Below, one piece after another: positions 37,843-48,244 of a stretch of 64,000 nucleotides of DNA. The notes under the pieces are model-generated. The model saw only the letters and a program-made list of their open reading frames with translations. It was not told the origin of the DNA and did not search any database. Within the stretch, counting starts at the first letter, position 1. Each line of letters starts with the position of its first letter. This stretch comes from a phage, in the sequence record PZ379177.1; one strand, 5' to 3'. The translations under genes were made by a program, and so were the position numbers.

Positions 37843-38103
37843 TTAAATATTCTTTGCCTCTTCGTGAAGGCCGACCGACCTTAGTTTACGCCGCAAGTAA
37901 GCTTTCTTTTCGCTCTCCCGTCCGGCTGGAGTGACGCGCCAGCGTAATGTGTTCTCCAGATTCTTGCGACGGTTGTGCTCGTCGAGTAGCTCTACCAGTG
38001 CCTTTGCGTCGTCGAGTGTTAACGCCACGGGCCGCGACCCATTAACGGCTTGTCGAAGCTTCCGCGCGGCAACGGCCAACTTAGTCATCGGACCCTTGTT
38101 CAC
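37843..38103 (-). CDS. Hypothetical basic early protein
   Basis: 86-aa ORF, Arg/Lys-rich. Confidence 0.45.
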   Translation of the reverse strand: MNKGPMTKLAVAARKLRQAVNGSRPVALTLDDAKALVELLDEHNRRKNLENTLRWRVTPAGRESEKKAYLRRKLRSVGLHEEAKNI

Positions 38104-38492
38104 GGCAACTCCTTATTCATCGGCGTTATGGACAGCACCTTCACTTCAGTGATGTCACGGTTGTATTCGCGCTTGATTTGTAGAATCTGGGATTGGATGC
38201 GCGCGATAAAGTGCGACGTGATTCCTTCCTTAACGTTAATCCAAGCCGCAAGTTGGATTGAGTCGATGTCACTTCTCAATGTCGTTGGGCAGTTAATAGC
38301 ACTTGGCGCACCGCTCGCACCGTAAGCCAGTTGCGCGTCATAAGCTGAATACTTGAATGACACCAGAAACATTCTTTCTTCAAGTTCGCTTTCGCTCTTA
38401 GGATTCTTATCACAGTTAATCATGTGCTGCACGAACTCTTCGTGTGGAAGGTGCATCACATCGTGGCAATAAGGGCAACGCTTCATTCTCAT
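38100..38492 (-). CDS. Hypothetical early protein with N-terminal zinc-finger-like motif
   Basis: 130 aa; CPYCHDVMHLPHEEFVQHMINC (C-x2-C...H...C). Confidence 0.5.
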   Translation of the reverse strand: MRMKRCPYCHDVMHLPHEEFVQHMINCDKNPKSESELEERMFLVSFKYSAYDAQLAYGASGAPSAINCPTTLRSDIDSIQLAAWINVKEGITSHFIARIQSQILQIKREYNRDITEVKVLSITPMNKELP

Positions 38493-38725
38493 TTTGCATA
38501 CTCCATAGCATATTGCTGCAGCTTAAATGCAGCCTTTTGTAATTGTTTACGACGCTCATTCAATTCTTTCCATTCTTCTTCAGGACAATTTAGAGAGTAG
38601 GCCTTGTTTGCAATCTTGATTAGTGATAAATGCGTTTGTTGAAAGCGCGACACCATACGCAACTCGTTGCGCTTGTTGAAAGACAGCTTACCCAGCGCGG
38701 CATTCATAATTGCACCTCGACACAC
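38489..38725 (-). CDS. Hypothetical early protein
   Basis: 78-aa ORF. Confidence 0.45.
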   Translation of the reverse strand: MCRGAIMNAALGKLSFNKRNELRMVSRFQQTHLSLIKIANKAYSLNCPEEEWKELNERRKQLQKAAFKLQQYAMEYAK

Positions 38726-39021
38726 GATTCACTAGCCTCGAAGCCCCACCCCTCCAGGCCGACTTCGCCGCAACAGCGCACACTTGCCCAGCCAGTCATG
38801 AGCCATTGGTGATACTTTTCGAAGTATGTCGGCTTTTCTGAGTAACAATGAACAAGGCCGTTATCGTCAATGGCCACGTAACGCGTCCAAGGTGCAACGG
38901 GTACAACTACGTCGCCGTGGTCTTCTGGCCAAGGCTTGATGTGTACAGCTGTGTTCAAGTCTACGTTTAACACGCTTCCTAACCGCTCGTCTTGTTCCTT
39001 GTCGATTCCTAAGTAAATCAT
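38704..39021 (-). CDS. Hypothetical early protein
   Basis: 105-aa ORF. Confidence 0.45.
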   Translation of the reverse strand: MIYLGIDKEQDERLGSVLNVDLNTAVHIKPWPEDHGDVVVPVAPWTRYVAIDDNGLVHCYSEKPTYFEKYHQWLMTGWASVRCCGEVGLEGWGFEASESCVEVQL

Positions 39022-39106
39022 AATTCACCTCGCTTGTTTGTCTTGATGAAAAGAGTATAAGTATTGATAAAAGAAAAGGCAAGCATTTAGCTCACCTTTT
39101 TGATAT

Positions 39107-39439
39107 TCATTTTACATAGTGGAGTAGGTCAATCTCTATCTCGTGCCGCGTCCTTGTTATCTTTGTATCACCCGTCCGATGGGAGAATTGATAGAAGAAA
39201 GAGTCTTTGTGAGCACCTCGTTCAAACGTCATGCTGGCAATTCTGCACCCGCATATTGCATCAAGCTTTGCTCCGTTGGACAAAAGGTTGAATGTCAATA
39301 CAGTGTTATCCATCCTTGCGTTTTGTTTGATGCACTTCTTTAAGAAGTAATAAGAATCAGCAAAAGAATTGGCCTTCTTCCATACTTCTTTTATCAATCC
39401 ACGCTCATGCGCGGCGAGTATCTGATCACGGGTCATCAC
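39107..39439 (-). CDS. Hypothetical early protein
   Basis: 110-aa ORF. Confidence 0.45.
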   Translation of the reverse strand: MMTRDQILAAHERGLIKEVWKKANSFADSYYFLKKCIKQNARMDNTVLTFNLLSNGAKLDAICGCRIASMTFERGAHKDSFFYQFSHRTGDTKITRTRHEIEIDLLHYVK

Positions 39440-39738
39440 TGCACCTCTGTTATTCCGGTAATTCGAACGATGACTGTGTCATCCAAATTGAACTGCTGCC
39501 GCGCGACGCGTTTGATGTCGTCCTTAAGGTCCGCAATCAACTCCCTTGTTAACACTGTACGCTCTGAAACGTCATATTGAACGTCAAAGGTATACTCGCC
39601 ATAAAATACCGCGCCATTGGGAAGTTGCACGACATAGAATGCCATATACATCGCATTGATATAATCTTCCATTATACATTCTCCGAATCTTGATGATATT
39701 TCGTAAGCCATTTTTGATATCGAAATAAGCAATCGCAA
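39436..39738 (-). CDS. Hypothetical early protein
   Basis: 100-aa ORF. Confidence 0.45.
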   Translation of the reverse strand: MRLLISISKMAYEISSRFGECIMEDYINAMYMAFYVVQLPNGAVFYGEYTFDVQYDVSERTVLTRELIADLKDDIKRVARQQFNLDDTVIVRITGITEVQ

Positions 39739-40001
39739 GCCTTTTTATTGCTTTTAAATCTTTCTAAGAAAAGAGTGTCAACTCCCATTGTTAAGGATTC
39801 GTCACAGCTCGAACGACCTACCAGCCACAAGCTATAAGTCTGAATGTCCAACCCATAATTTCTATCAAGATTCAAACGCACTTTTAACGGCCTTTCACCT
39901 TGCTCTTTTTCGAATTTCGTTAATCTTTCTTTAAAAGTATCTTTATTCATTATACATTCTCCACGGGTCGACGGATGAGTTTGCGTAATCCTTCGGGCCA
40001 T
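39672..40001 (-). CDS. Hypothetical early protein
   Basis: 109-aa ORF; the overlap with its neighbour leaves the start uncertain. Confidence 0.4.
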   Translation of the reverse strand: MARRITQTHPSTRGECIMNKDTFKERLTKFEKEQGERPLKVRLNLDRNYGLDIQTYSLWLVGRSSCDESLTMGVDTLFLERFKSNKKACDCLFRYQKWLTKYHQDSENV

Positions 40002-40297
40002 ACCTTCTTGATGACGGCCTTCGCTGGGCTGGATGAAAGCTTCTTCAGCTTCAATAGAACACAGCCTTCATCATCGTTCGGTTGCACCTGGATAACGACG
40101 CGCGCTTGTCGGTCGATGACCATGACATCGCCAACGCGAATGTCTTTTACCAACACGCCCATCTCCTTCGTGCCGGATACGCCAATCACATGGTCGCATC
40201 GAACGCGCGGCGGTAGCAGCGTGCCACCTTCAGCCATCTCACGCACGCGCTTCTTGATCTCTGCGCCATACAGCACTTCGTCTTTAACATGAGCCAT
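39950..40297 (-). CDS. Hypothetical early protein
   Basis: 115-aa ORF. Confidence 0.45.
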   Translation of the reverse strand: MAHVKDEVLYGAEIKKRVREMAEGGTLLPPRVRCDHVIGVSGTKEMGVLVKDIRVGDVMVIDRQARVVIQVQPNDDEGCVLLKLKKLSSSPAKAVIKKVWPEGLRKLIRRPVENV

Positions 40298-40766
40298 GGT
40301 CGAGTACCTTATAAAGAGTGCAAGAAGGACTGCTGAATTCCCTTAATGCATAAGCCACGTTCAAGCTGCCAGGTTCTTTCTTTGCGTTTGTCACTTCCAT
40401 GTATTGGCAGCCGTTTATGCTGTATCGTCTTACTACAACAGCATTGAAAATCTGACTGCCGTAATAGACGCAGACGATAACATCACCGACTTCTATTTTA
40501 TCAGCCGGAACAGGTTTAAGGCGCGGCTTTTTATCAACATAAGTTTTAATAGGAACTTTTACGCAACGTGATTGATGATGGACAAGTCTTTCAACATGCC
40601 TTTTTGTTGGCGGTAAGATATTGAATGACTCAACACCTGCAAACTCGTTGTCGATAAATGTATTTATTTTCATCCTTAATGGCATTGGGACGTCGCATTG
40701 ACTTGCTGCCGCTAAAATAATTGCGGCTTCTGATTTACTTAACATTAAAGGGCGATGGATGATCAT
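40284..40766 (-). CDS. Hypothetical early protein
   Basis: 160-aa ORF. Confidence 0.5.
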   Translation of the reverse strand: MIIHRPLMLSKSEAAIILAAASQCDVPMPLRMKINTFIDNEFAGVESFNILPPTKRHVERLVHHQSRCVKVPIKTYVDKKPRLKPVPADKIEVGDVIVCVYYGSQIFNAVVVRRYSINGCQYMEVTNAKKEPGSLNVAYALREFSSPSCTLYKVLDHGSC

Positions 40767-40920
40767 AATTAACCTCTGATTTGTGACACAAAACGTTTAT
40801 AATGTTCTTTGGCTAAGACGCGTGCGCGCTCTTTTGTATGGCCGCTGGCTTCAAGTACGCGGCGAAGCTGCTTGATTGCGTCCGCTTTACTAATCTTGTT
40901 ATCGTTAAACTGAAATTTAT

Positions 40921-41141
40921 TCATGCTTCACAAGCCGCCTTAATTTGACGTGGAGTAACGATGACTACTTCACCAACCAGTGACTTGTCATCTTCTTTTA
41001 CCGTATCGATTCGAACGCGATAGTGATTGCGACCGCGCGAATCAGTAAGGTATTGATCCAGCTCAAGGATGGTGCCTGCGCGCATATTCTGTCCTGACAT
41101 CCAACTGATGCGGTCCCCAGCCTTAAGAGTTTTCTTGCTCA
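40921..41141 (-). CDS. Hypothetical small protein
   Basis: Track ORF 40921-41307 trimmed to the internal ATG (MSKKTLKAGDRISW...) to avoid overlap with the 41150-41428 gene. Confidence 0.4.
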
Positions 41142-41149
41142 TCTTCAAC

Positions 41150-41428
41150 TCACTTATAATATTTAAACATAGCCGCGCAAAAGTCTTGCATGGCATTCTT
41201 AATTTGCTTCTTGAACAACGGGTCGTGCATCGTTTCAACATTCGTCTTAATCCGAACGTGACCGATAACATCAAACGCAGTTGCCGGCATCGGCTCATAG
41301 ATTTCATGATCGTTCAATATTATATCTAGTCTTGACTCAGAAATCACGGGATAATTCTTTCCAGCAGTAAACTGGTCATCAATCGATGACGTGCACTTGA
41401 CAAAGAACACTTTGTATGTAGAAATCAT
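41150..41428 (-). CDS. Hypothetical early protein
   Basis: 92-aa ORF. Confidence 0.45.
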   Translation of the reverse strand: MISTYKVFFVKCTSSIDDQFTAGKNYPVISESRLDIILNDHEIYEPMPATAFDVIGHVRIKTNVETMHDPLFKKQIKNAMQDFCAAMFKYYK

Positions 41429-41634
41429 AGTGAGTCCTTCGGGCCGCAGTAGCGCCCGTCCAGGTATCGGTCGTATTGGATTAAAGCGAATGTTTTCAAC
41501 GAAAGGTTACGGCGCTTAAACAGGTGACCCGTTGATGGATTCTGCTCGTGCGCCGTAGGATAAAGGCGTGTCAGGTAGTGGATGAGGACTTGTAAAGCCC
41601 TACGTTGCTTTGTTATTCTCCCTTGTGTATTCAT
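41425..41634 (-). CDS. Hypothetical early protein
   Basis: 69-aa ORF. Confidence 0.35.
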   Translation of the reverse strand: MNTQGRITKQRRALQVLIHYLTRLYPTAHEQNPSTGHLFKRRNLSLKTFALIQYDRYLDGRYCGPKDSL

Positions 41635-41824
41635 GGCTGAATCTACCCTCTGTCAATATCCGGTCGTGGATGACTATACCAGTGCACCGCAGGCGGTTGG
41701 CATTGCTTCGCGCCTTTGCTGCTTGATGAGGATTGAACAAGCCAAATAAACTAGCCTTAAAAGCAAACTGGTAATATTTGATTAAGGTACTAAGTGCTAA
41801 CTCAATCCTGTCTAAATTAATCAT
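41600..41824 (-). CDS. Hypothetical early protein
   Basis: 74-aa ORF. Confidence 0.35.
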   Translation of the reverse strand: MINLDRIELALSTLIKYYQFAFKASLFGLFNPHQAAKARSNANRLRCTGIVIHDRILTEGRFSHEYTRENNKAT

Positions 41825-41863
41825 AATATCACCTCGTCAGAAAAGCAAATATTTTGATGATAA

Positions 41864-42511
41864 TTATCCTGTGGCCTGCATATTGCGTACATACTTCTGC
41901 TCTAATGAATAGATGAAGTCGGCGACCGTCAATCCTTTGGTGTGCCACTCATACATTGTGTAGCCTGTATTCAGGAAATAGCCGCGCACTTTATCCATCG
42001 CTTCAGCTTCCTCCATGGAAGCCATCAGCGCGGCGACGTTATCATAAGAAGGCACAAATCCCTTCTTGCGTAGCGCATTGCGCAAATCTTTAGTTCTGAA
42101 TCCAATCTTGCACGGGTCATCACGGCCCGTTGATGATGCAACCTTCGGCAAAGCAAGGAACTCTTTGAGGAACATCGAGATGTTCAGGTCGCCTGCATCA
42201 TCAAGCTTCTGGAGTCGGTTGCGACCGCGCCCCTTGAATTCACTCGCACGGGGGTGAGCGCCAAAACAGTGCGCACCTTCCAATTTAGGGTCGATGATCA
42301 TCAAATCTTTTCCTACGCGCAATTCAACGTAGTAAAGGTATGTCTCATCGACAAGCTTCGTGCGTTTACAGGTGATGGAGTCCTTATCGTAACCAAAACC
42401 ACGCAACACGGTTGAAATCATCCGGTTCATTTCTTCTCCGTGAACGTCACTCTCTTTGTTCAGTTCACCGAGATGTTGAAAGAATTTAGCGATGTTGATT
42501 GCTTTATTCAT
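41864..42511 (-). CDS. Hypothetical early protein
   Basis: 215-aa ORF abutting the helicase gene. Confidence 0.5.
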   Translation of the reverse strand: MNKAINIAKFFQHLGELNKESDVHGEEMNRMISTVLRGFGYDKDSITCKRTKLVDETYLYYVELRVGKDLMIIDPKLEGAHCFGAHPRASEFKGRGRNRLQKLDDAGDLNISMFLKEFLALPKVASSTGRDDPCKIGFRTKDLRNALRKKGFVPSYDNVAALMASMEEAEAMDKVRGYFLNTGYTMYEWHTKGLTVADFIYSLEQKYVRNMQATG

Positions 42512-44181
42512 CAGAATTCATCCTTATCTCTTCCTAAAGAACGTTTGCGCTCAATAACCTTCTTCAAGAATTCAATATCTTCAGGGTCAGACTCGTCGCG
42601 AATAAGATACGCTAAGATAGTCATCAAGTCAGAAATGTATTCCCCTGCTTCATTCTTAATCAGCGGCGTAAAGTATCCACGCTGGTTGCGATAGGTCGCA
42701 GGCTCAAATCCAAGCTTCGACATGTGCGGCGCAAGGGTACGTGAGAAAGGCGACTTGCCGCACTTAGCTCTGAATCCCATAGCGATTGCACCACTGGTGA
42801 TGTGCCAGCGTCCGCTGTGATGTCGGTCATAAGGCGCGGTAATGACGACTTCAACAAGGTCGTTGTCGACCATCTCATCACGGATAACGCCGCGAGCACG
42901 TTCCATTTCATTCTTGCTAAACTCAGTAAGCATGCGAGATGTTTCACCAACAAACGCGTTGTAACCTGCTTCGCCGTGCTTCTCCATCCATGCAGCGCAC
43001 TCAGCCATCAATTGCCAAACGTCTTCTTTCAAAGTGGAAAGATCAGCTTGGAAGTCTTTCGACCAGTTCGGCTGCCCGTCCTTGTCAGCAAGTTGGCCAA
43101 CAAAGATAGGATATACACGACGGTTGCCCGTGTCATCACGCTGCATACCTGCGTATTCGTTGCCGTCCATGATAGCAATCCACTGGCGTGGTTTAACCTG
43201 CGTATCTTCAAATTTGAAGTCCAGGTCATCTTCCGTCTTAGTCAGGAATGCTTTCATGTTTTCGATGTCAGCCTTTTTAAAGCCTGTCATCTCGCCAACG
43301 TTCGCGATAATTGAGCGACCCGTAATAGCTCGCAAGAACGGGTTGAAGTTCTGCGCGGCCAAGTTCAACGGAATCGGTGTTGCGTGGCGGTCGTTCATAA
43401 TAGCTTCGCAAAGTAGCTTACTAAAATAACTCTTCCCTGCGTTCTGGCCGCCGATGAGCGCGATGGAGATTGGCGCTTGACATCCAGGGTTTGTCAGGCG
43501 GTTGTAGAGCGATAGCCAAAAATACACACCGATTTGTCGGTTTAACTCTGTATCGAACGGTCGGAATAGCTCGATAAGGTATTTTTCAATGCGCGCAGTA
43601 CCGTCCCATTCAGGAAGCTTCTTGTAGAAGAAGTCCATCAGGTCGTCGCGCTGATAACGCATGGCCCATTCCTTATAGGATTGAGCGACCTGACGTGAGT
43701 TTGGGTTGGACAGTCCTGCTGCGTCGACAGCGGCAACTATCTCTGTGACTTCCAAAGTACGGTCGGTGAATGTTTCGCCGCGATGGTCGACTAAGCGCCC
43801 ACGAAAAGTATCTTTGTGAGGGAATGGAACAACGCCACTTCCCTTATCAAACAACGCGTCGAAAACCGCATAACGGTTCATGTCACTCGTCCGGTCTGCC
43901 TGTAGAACGAAGTCATCTTTGGTAGGCTTGTAGTGAGGGAACTTGATTACCTGAAGTGAGGCGAGCAAGCGTGCTCTTTCAACCAAGTCTTCTTCACCGT
44001 AGCATTCCATGCGCTCTGCATCTTTCTCAACAGCCTTATGCTGGAGGCTGATTTTAGCTCTGGTGCCTTGCTGCTCTGCCGCTTGCATCTCTTCTGAAAC
44101 ACCAGCGTCTTGAATTTCGTCAAAGATTGCACCAAATTCATCACCTGTATCCTCTGGAAGATTGTCATGTTCAATTGACAT
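42511..44181 (-). CDS. VirE/D5-like P-loop DNA helicase (primase-associated)
   Basis: 556 aa; Walker A IALIGGQNAGKSYF; WDGTARIEKYLIELF region typical of phage VirE-family helicases. Confidence 0.7.
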   Translation of the reverse strand: MSIEHDNLPEDTGDEFGAIFDEIQDAGVSEEMQAAEQQGTRAKISLQHKAVEKDAERMECYGEEDLVERARLLASLQVIKFPHYKPTKDDFVLQADRTSDMNRYAVFDALFDKGSGVVPFPHKDTFRGRLVDHRGETFTDRTLEVTEIVAAVDAAGLSNPNSRQVAQSYKEWAMRYQRDDLMDFFYKKLPEWDGTARIEKYLIELFRPFDTELNRQIGVYFWLSLYNRLTNPGCQAPISIALIGGQNAGKSYFSKLLCEAIMNDRHATPIPLNLAAQNFNPFLRAITGRSIIANVGEMTGFKKADIENMKAFLTKTEDDLDFKFEDTQVKPRQWIAIMDGNEYAGMQRDDTGNRRVYPIFVGQLADKDGQPNWSKDFQADLSTLKEDVWQLMAECAAWMEKHGEAGYNAFVGETSRMLTEFSKNEMERARGVIRDEMVDNDLVEVVITAPYDRHHSGRWHITSGAIAMGFRAKCGKSPFSRTLAPHMSKLGFEPATYRNQRGYFTPLIKNEAGEYISDLMTILAYLIRDESDPEDIEFLKKVIERKRSLGRDKDEF

Positions 44182-44317
44182 TTAATCCTCCTGATACGGC
44201 TTTGTTATATTGTTGCATGGATATATCCTTTCAGGGTGCGGTAAATAAACGCCAGATTTCTGGCGTTGTATATTAATATAGTAAAACTCAATTTAAAGCA
44301 ATATAACTGGTGAACTA

Positions 44318-44608
44318 TCAGCAAGGAAATTGGTTGGCGTATGCCTTTCTCAATTTGTTTACTGATTGAACAGCATGAAGGTATTGGCAATCGGTGAAGA
44401 TGCGGCGCAAATGATCCATAGAAGACAGGTCATCGTTAGTAACCACCAGAATCTCTTCCGAAGGACAGCCAGCTTCTTTGACAATCTCATTGAGATTTGC
44501 GCCACTAATTTCTTCAACACGTTTCACCTCATCGATACCGTAAACATCAACGGCAACTTCGATGTCGTCATCGCTGATATTTTCACCATAAAGAATTACA
44601 ATATTCAT
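44318..44608 (-). CDS. Hypothetical early protein
   Basis: 96-aa acidic ORF. Confidence 0.45.
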   Translation of the reverse strand: MNIVILYGENISDDDIEVAVDVYGIDEVKRVEEISGANLNEIVKEAGCPSEEILVVTNDDLSSMDHLRRIFTDCQYLHAVQSVNKLRKAYANQFPC

Positions 44609-44727
44609 CCACTCACCCCTGCCAAATAATATGCCATATCCAATACATATAATAGCCCCAGGATGATGACAAGGGAAATGATTAATGTGTATTTCTTTAC
44701 GGCTTTCATAAGTATCTATACCTAAAT

Positions 44728-45072
44728 TTACTGTTGAGGATCACCAATGGAGTCTGTTGCATCCCATTCAACGCGTGCTGTGCGCTCTGCTGGTGGGCAA
44801 CCTTCGCCAGCGTAAAGCTCCACAACGCCTTCATGAGAGCAGCACTGGCACTCTACAAGGTCGCCATCTTCCCAGGCACCTTCCTCCGCGTTGCGATGCT
44901 GCCGCACCTTGATAACATCGCTTGCACAGTTAGGACAAGTCGAGAGATTGCTGGTAACGTTCCAGGTGAACTCGTTACGGAAAGCACCCATGCTACACCT
45001 CTTGATCTCTTTGCTGTTGAATCGCGGCTGAAGCTTCGTCAAAATTGACTGGCTCAACGGTGAACGTTGCAC
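44728..45072 (-). CDS. Hypothetical zinc-ribbon-like protein
   Basis: Contains CPNC...CQCCSH Cys clusters; start uncertain. Confidence 0.45.
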   Translation of the reverse strand: MQRSPLSQSILTKLQPRFNSKEIKRCSMGAFRNEFTWNVTSNLSTCPNCASDVIKVRQHRNAEEGAWEDGDLVECQCCSHEGVVELYAGEGCPPAERTARVEWDATDSIGDPQQ

Positions 45073-45283
45073 TGACCGTAAGGTTTTTAATAGTCAGCAG
45101 CGTATTGAATCGTTCGGCCTGAAGATTCATAGCGACATGCGTGGATACGTTAAGGATTGCCCCAACAACTTCCTCCACTGCGTAGCCTGCAAACAAAGGA
45201 AGAATCTGGTTGACAAGCTTAAGCTCGTTTTCAACACGAAGATTTTGTGCTTCTTCAACGGTCATCATTTTTGGTTCGTTCAT
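44993..45283 (-). CDS. Hypothetical early protein
   Basis: 96-aa ORF. Confidence 0.45.
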   Translation of the reverse strand: MNEPKMMTVEEAQNLRVENELKLVNQILPLFAGYAVEEVVGAILNVSTHVAMNLQAERFNTLLTIKNLTVSATFTVEPVNFDEASAAIQQQRDQEV

Positions 45284-45287
45284 TTTT

Positions 45288-45432
45288 ATTCCTTAACAAA
45301 TTCAGAGTAGTGTTGGGCCGCAGCCGCTTGATGGTGAGCCATGACTCCTTGAAGGGTCGGAAGCTCTGCTGGTTTAGGTTCTAACGACTTTAACAGACAT
45401 TCAACCTCGATGTTCAATTCTTCGCTTTGCAT
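45288..45432 (-). CDS. Small ORF (47 aa)
   Basis: ATG with AGAGGTGA RBS; product MQSEELNIEVECLLKSLEPKPAELPTLQGVMAHHQAAAAQHYSEFVKE. Below the track cutoff. Confidence 0.3.
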
Positions 45433-45490
45433 GAATCACCTCTGCTTCAGTTCATAAAATGATTATAGTTGCTATGAAAATAAAAGCAAA

Positions 45491-46573
45491 CTATTTTATG
45501 CCACCTGCACGACGATTTATCATGTCAAGTTGATTCTCAATATAAGGCATGACGATTGCTTCAACAAAAGCAGTCCAACCTTTCTTGCCTTCCCCTTTCC
45601 GGTGACAGTCGTGAGCGCAACCGAAAACGAATTCATGTTCAGCGCCAGGGATTGGGCCGCGAAAATAAGCGCCGTATGGGTCGCCGTTGGTGTGTTCTTC
45701 ACCCCAAGGACAGATGATGCGGCATTTGCCTGACATGTTTTCAACAACATCGCCATCGGACCCTTCACCCATCTTATTGCGAGCAAGGATTTGCTGGGCT
45801 ATTTTATACCAAACAGCATCATATTTGTATTCGTCAACGTCAATTTGAATTTCACGCTTTTGCGGCATAACGACGTGGAAACCGAAGGCTTGGCAAATCT
45901 CTTCGATTGTGTAGCGCAAAGAATAGTCTGCATGAACAAGTCGGCAGCGGAACGGGTCGCCGTTCTCATCGACATATTTATAGGGGCCGTCGTGAGTCAC
46001 ACGCTTGTTGTTGATGCACCCAGGAACACGGCCCACGCGCGTTACGTCTTTAATCGTGTTGTCGCCGCCCTTCTTGAGTACCATGTTAACGAAAGACCCA
46101 AGGAACGCTTTGAACTGAATAAGATGGTCAATCGGTTCTTTAAAGAAGTACCAAAGCTGGTGGTTGTTCGGTGAAGTCTCGACGATGACAGTCGGCTTCA
46201 GTCGCTCGAAAAAGAATTCCAAATCTAAATCGCCTTTGGACCCTTTACCGTGACCGATGTCGTCGACCATCATCGCCATACCGTGACCAAAGGCCGACTC
46301 TGTACGCCAGTATCGCATCTCACCCGTCTTTGGGTTGGGAGACTTACGCATCGAACTGATGCAAGCATAGCCGTTTTGGTGCTGCATGAGCGGCTTGCCC
46401 AACTTCCAAGGCTTAGGCCAGAAGCTGCTGTTGATCTTCTTGCCGCGTTCGTCGGTCTGTACCGTTGCTTCAGGAGCAAACACCGTCATGACGCGCTCAT
46501 CTTCTGGAATGCCTCTTTGGAGTTCTGTTAAAAACTCTTCGATTATTTTTGCTTCTTCTCTTAAACTAGCCAT
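45491..46573 (-). CDS. PrimPol-like (archaeo-eukaryotic-type) primase with C-terminal Cys/His cluster
   Basis: 360 aa; acidic MVDDIGHG, then ETSPNNHQLWYFF (SxxxxH motif), and C-terminal CPWGEEH...CAHDCH. Confidence 0.65.
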   Translation of the reverse strand: MASLREEAKIIEEFLTELQRGIPEDERVMTVFAPEATVQTDERGKKINSSFWPKPWKLGKPLMQHQNGYACISSMRKSPNPKTGEMRYWRTESAFGHGMAMMVDDIGHGKGSKGDLDLEFFFERLKPTVIVETSPNNHQLWYFFKEPIDHLIQFKAFLGSFVNMVLKKGGDNTIKDVTRVGRVPGCINNKRVTHDGPYKYVDENGDPFRCRLVHADYSLRYTIEEICQAFGFHVVMPQKREIQIDVDEYKYDAVWYKIAQQILARNKMGEGSDGDVVENMSGKCRIICPWGEEHTNGDPYGAYFRGPIPGAEHEFVFGCAHDCHRKGEGKKGWTAFVEAIVMPYIENQLDMINRRAGGIK

Positions 46574-46733
46574 CTTTCTTTCCTTCGGTGATCAATACCT
46601 GCAGTATAATATTGAGTGATACAAAGTCAACAATATTTACCATTTAGTTCACAATTTCGATTTACTTTGCTTTATACTATATCTGCAATTATACTATCAG
46701 AAAATATTTCCGCACTAACAAAGGTCGCCTGAA
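46574..46733. promoter_or_regulatory. Divergent AT-rich intergenic region
   Basis: Separates the leftward early operon from the rightward replication operon; contains TATAAT-like hexamers. No promoter mapped. Confidence 0.4.
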
Positions 46734-47060
46734 ATGAACGAAAAAGAGACGAAGCAACGCGAACGTGCAACACACGTCGGCATCGTTGAGTCCTTCCTTA
46801 ATACAAGATTGAATTCAAGCCTAACAATCATGCGATTCCTGGGTCAACCAGACAGAATCAAATTTATTTTTGCCGCAAATCCGGTATCGCTGTACATCCC
46901 TGTTGAATCCATGGCGTACTTAGTGCGCGACGAGAAAGGATGGAAGATACCAAACACAACTGTTTTCTTCAGCCATGTTGATGGTGAGATGTTTGAACGA
47001 AAAGAAGATTGCCATTTTATTCCAGTATATCTGGACCTTGACAGCGTAGTGGAGTTATAA
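46734..47060 (+). CDS. Hypothetical protein
   Basis: 108-aa ORF; its stop overlaps the helicase start. Confidence 0.5.
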   Translation: MNEKETKQRERATHVGIVESFLNTRLNSSLTIMRFLGQPDRIKFIFAANPVSLYIPVESMAYLVRDEKGWKIPNTTVFFSHVDGEMFERKEDCHFIPVYLDLDSVVEL

Positions 47061-48244
47061 TGAGCATTCCAGAATTTAATGATGAGCCAGTGATTCAGTT
47101 TAACGCGCAACAAATCGATGCCATCGAGAAGGCCGTTGCATGGTACAAGCGATTGCAGGACGGTAAAACTACGAAGCGCGTGTTTTTCATTGCTGGCTAT
47201 GCAGGGACTGGTAAAACCTCTATTGCTCGCGAGATTGTGCGCCGATGTGTCGGTGAGTACGGCGCTATCTATATTGCTCCGACCGGAAAGGCTGCAAGCC
47301 GATTAAAGCAAAAAGGCTGTCGTGGCGCTAAGACCCTTCACCAGTTCATCTATAACGTGCGCGGCGTTAACGATGACAATGAACCAATCTTCGCAAGAAA
47401 GTCAACGCTTGATGAAAGGCCGCACCTTGTCGTCCTTGATGAAGCTTCAATGGTCGGTGAGTGGGACACAGAGCGCCTTCTTGATCACCGCATCCCTGTC
47501 CTGGCATTAGGCGACATTGGACAAGTCCCTCCGGTAAAAGCCGCAGCCTACTTTACCGAAGAAGCCGTTGACGTACTGTTAACCGAAATCATGCGGCAGG
47601 GGAAAGAGTCAAACATAATCCGCGCCTCCTTCTTCGTGCGCCAAGGCAACCGACTTCCTCCGCGTGAATACGATGACGTCAAAGTATTGGCAGAATCGCC
47701 GCGCGTTACTGCGTTGAAGAAATTCATGGGCAAAGATGATCAAATTATTTGCTCCTATAACAGCACCAAAGATAAATGGAATTCATTATTACGGCAAGTG
47801 AGCGGACGTATAACGCCAATGCCAGGAATCGGTGAGAAGGTTATTTGCACCTTCAACCAACACGGGCCAGGATTCTGTAATGGCGAGCAAGGGATTGTTA
47901 TTAGCTATGAGCCAGTGCCGGACTTTGAAAGGGATGAAGATGAGTCGAATGAAATCATGTATGTTAATTTACGCTCATTGACTGATGGGAAAGATATAAA
48001 GGTAAAGATCAATCCTCTTTCCTTCTCTACTGATCAGGAAGTGCGCAAAGAGGCCCAACGCGCTGTTGGAGGCATGGACTATGGCTATGTCATCACGGTG
48101 CACAAATCGCAAGGCAGCGAGTGGGACAATGTGTGCGTGCTGGAAGAAATCTTGCACGGCGTTCCGTACTCCAAGATGATGTACACCGCTATCACCCGTG
48201 CTAAGAAGAATCTGACCGTGTACCGTGATTTGAAAGCGCGTTAA
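47060..48244 (+). CDS. Dda/RecD-like superfamily 1 DNA helicase
   Basis: 394 aa; Walker A GYAGTGKTS, Walker B VVLDEASMV, C-terminal VITVHKSQGSEWDNV. Confidence 0.85.
   Translation: MSIPEFNDEPVIQFNAQQIDAIEKAVAWYKRLQDGKTTKRVFFIAGYAGTGKTSIAREIVRRCVGEYGAIYIAPTGKAASRLKQKGCRGAKTLHQFIYNVRGVNDDNEPIFARKSTLDERPHLVVLDEASMVGEWDTERLLDHRIPVLALGDIGQVPPVKAAAYFTEEAVDVLLTEIMRQGKESNIIRASFFVRQGNRLPPREYDDVKVLAESPRVTALKKFMGKDDQIICSYNSTKDKWNSLLRQVSGRITPMPGIGEKVICTFNQHGPGFCNGEQGIVISYEPVPDFERDEDESNEIMYVNLRSLTDGKDIKVKINPLSFSTDQEVRKEAQRAVGGMDYGYVITVHKSQGSEWDNVCVLEEILHGVPYSKMMYTAITRAKKNLTVYRDLKAR

Noticed and set aside
42511-44181. Integrase or transposase, to explain the mosaic regions
   Set aside because: No tyrosine or serine recombinase or DDE transposase motifs were recognised in the window. 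The P-loop protein here fits a VirE/D5-like helicase instead.
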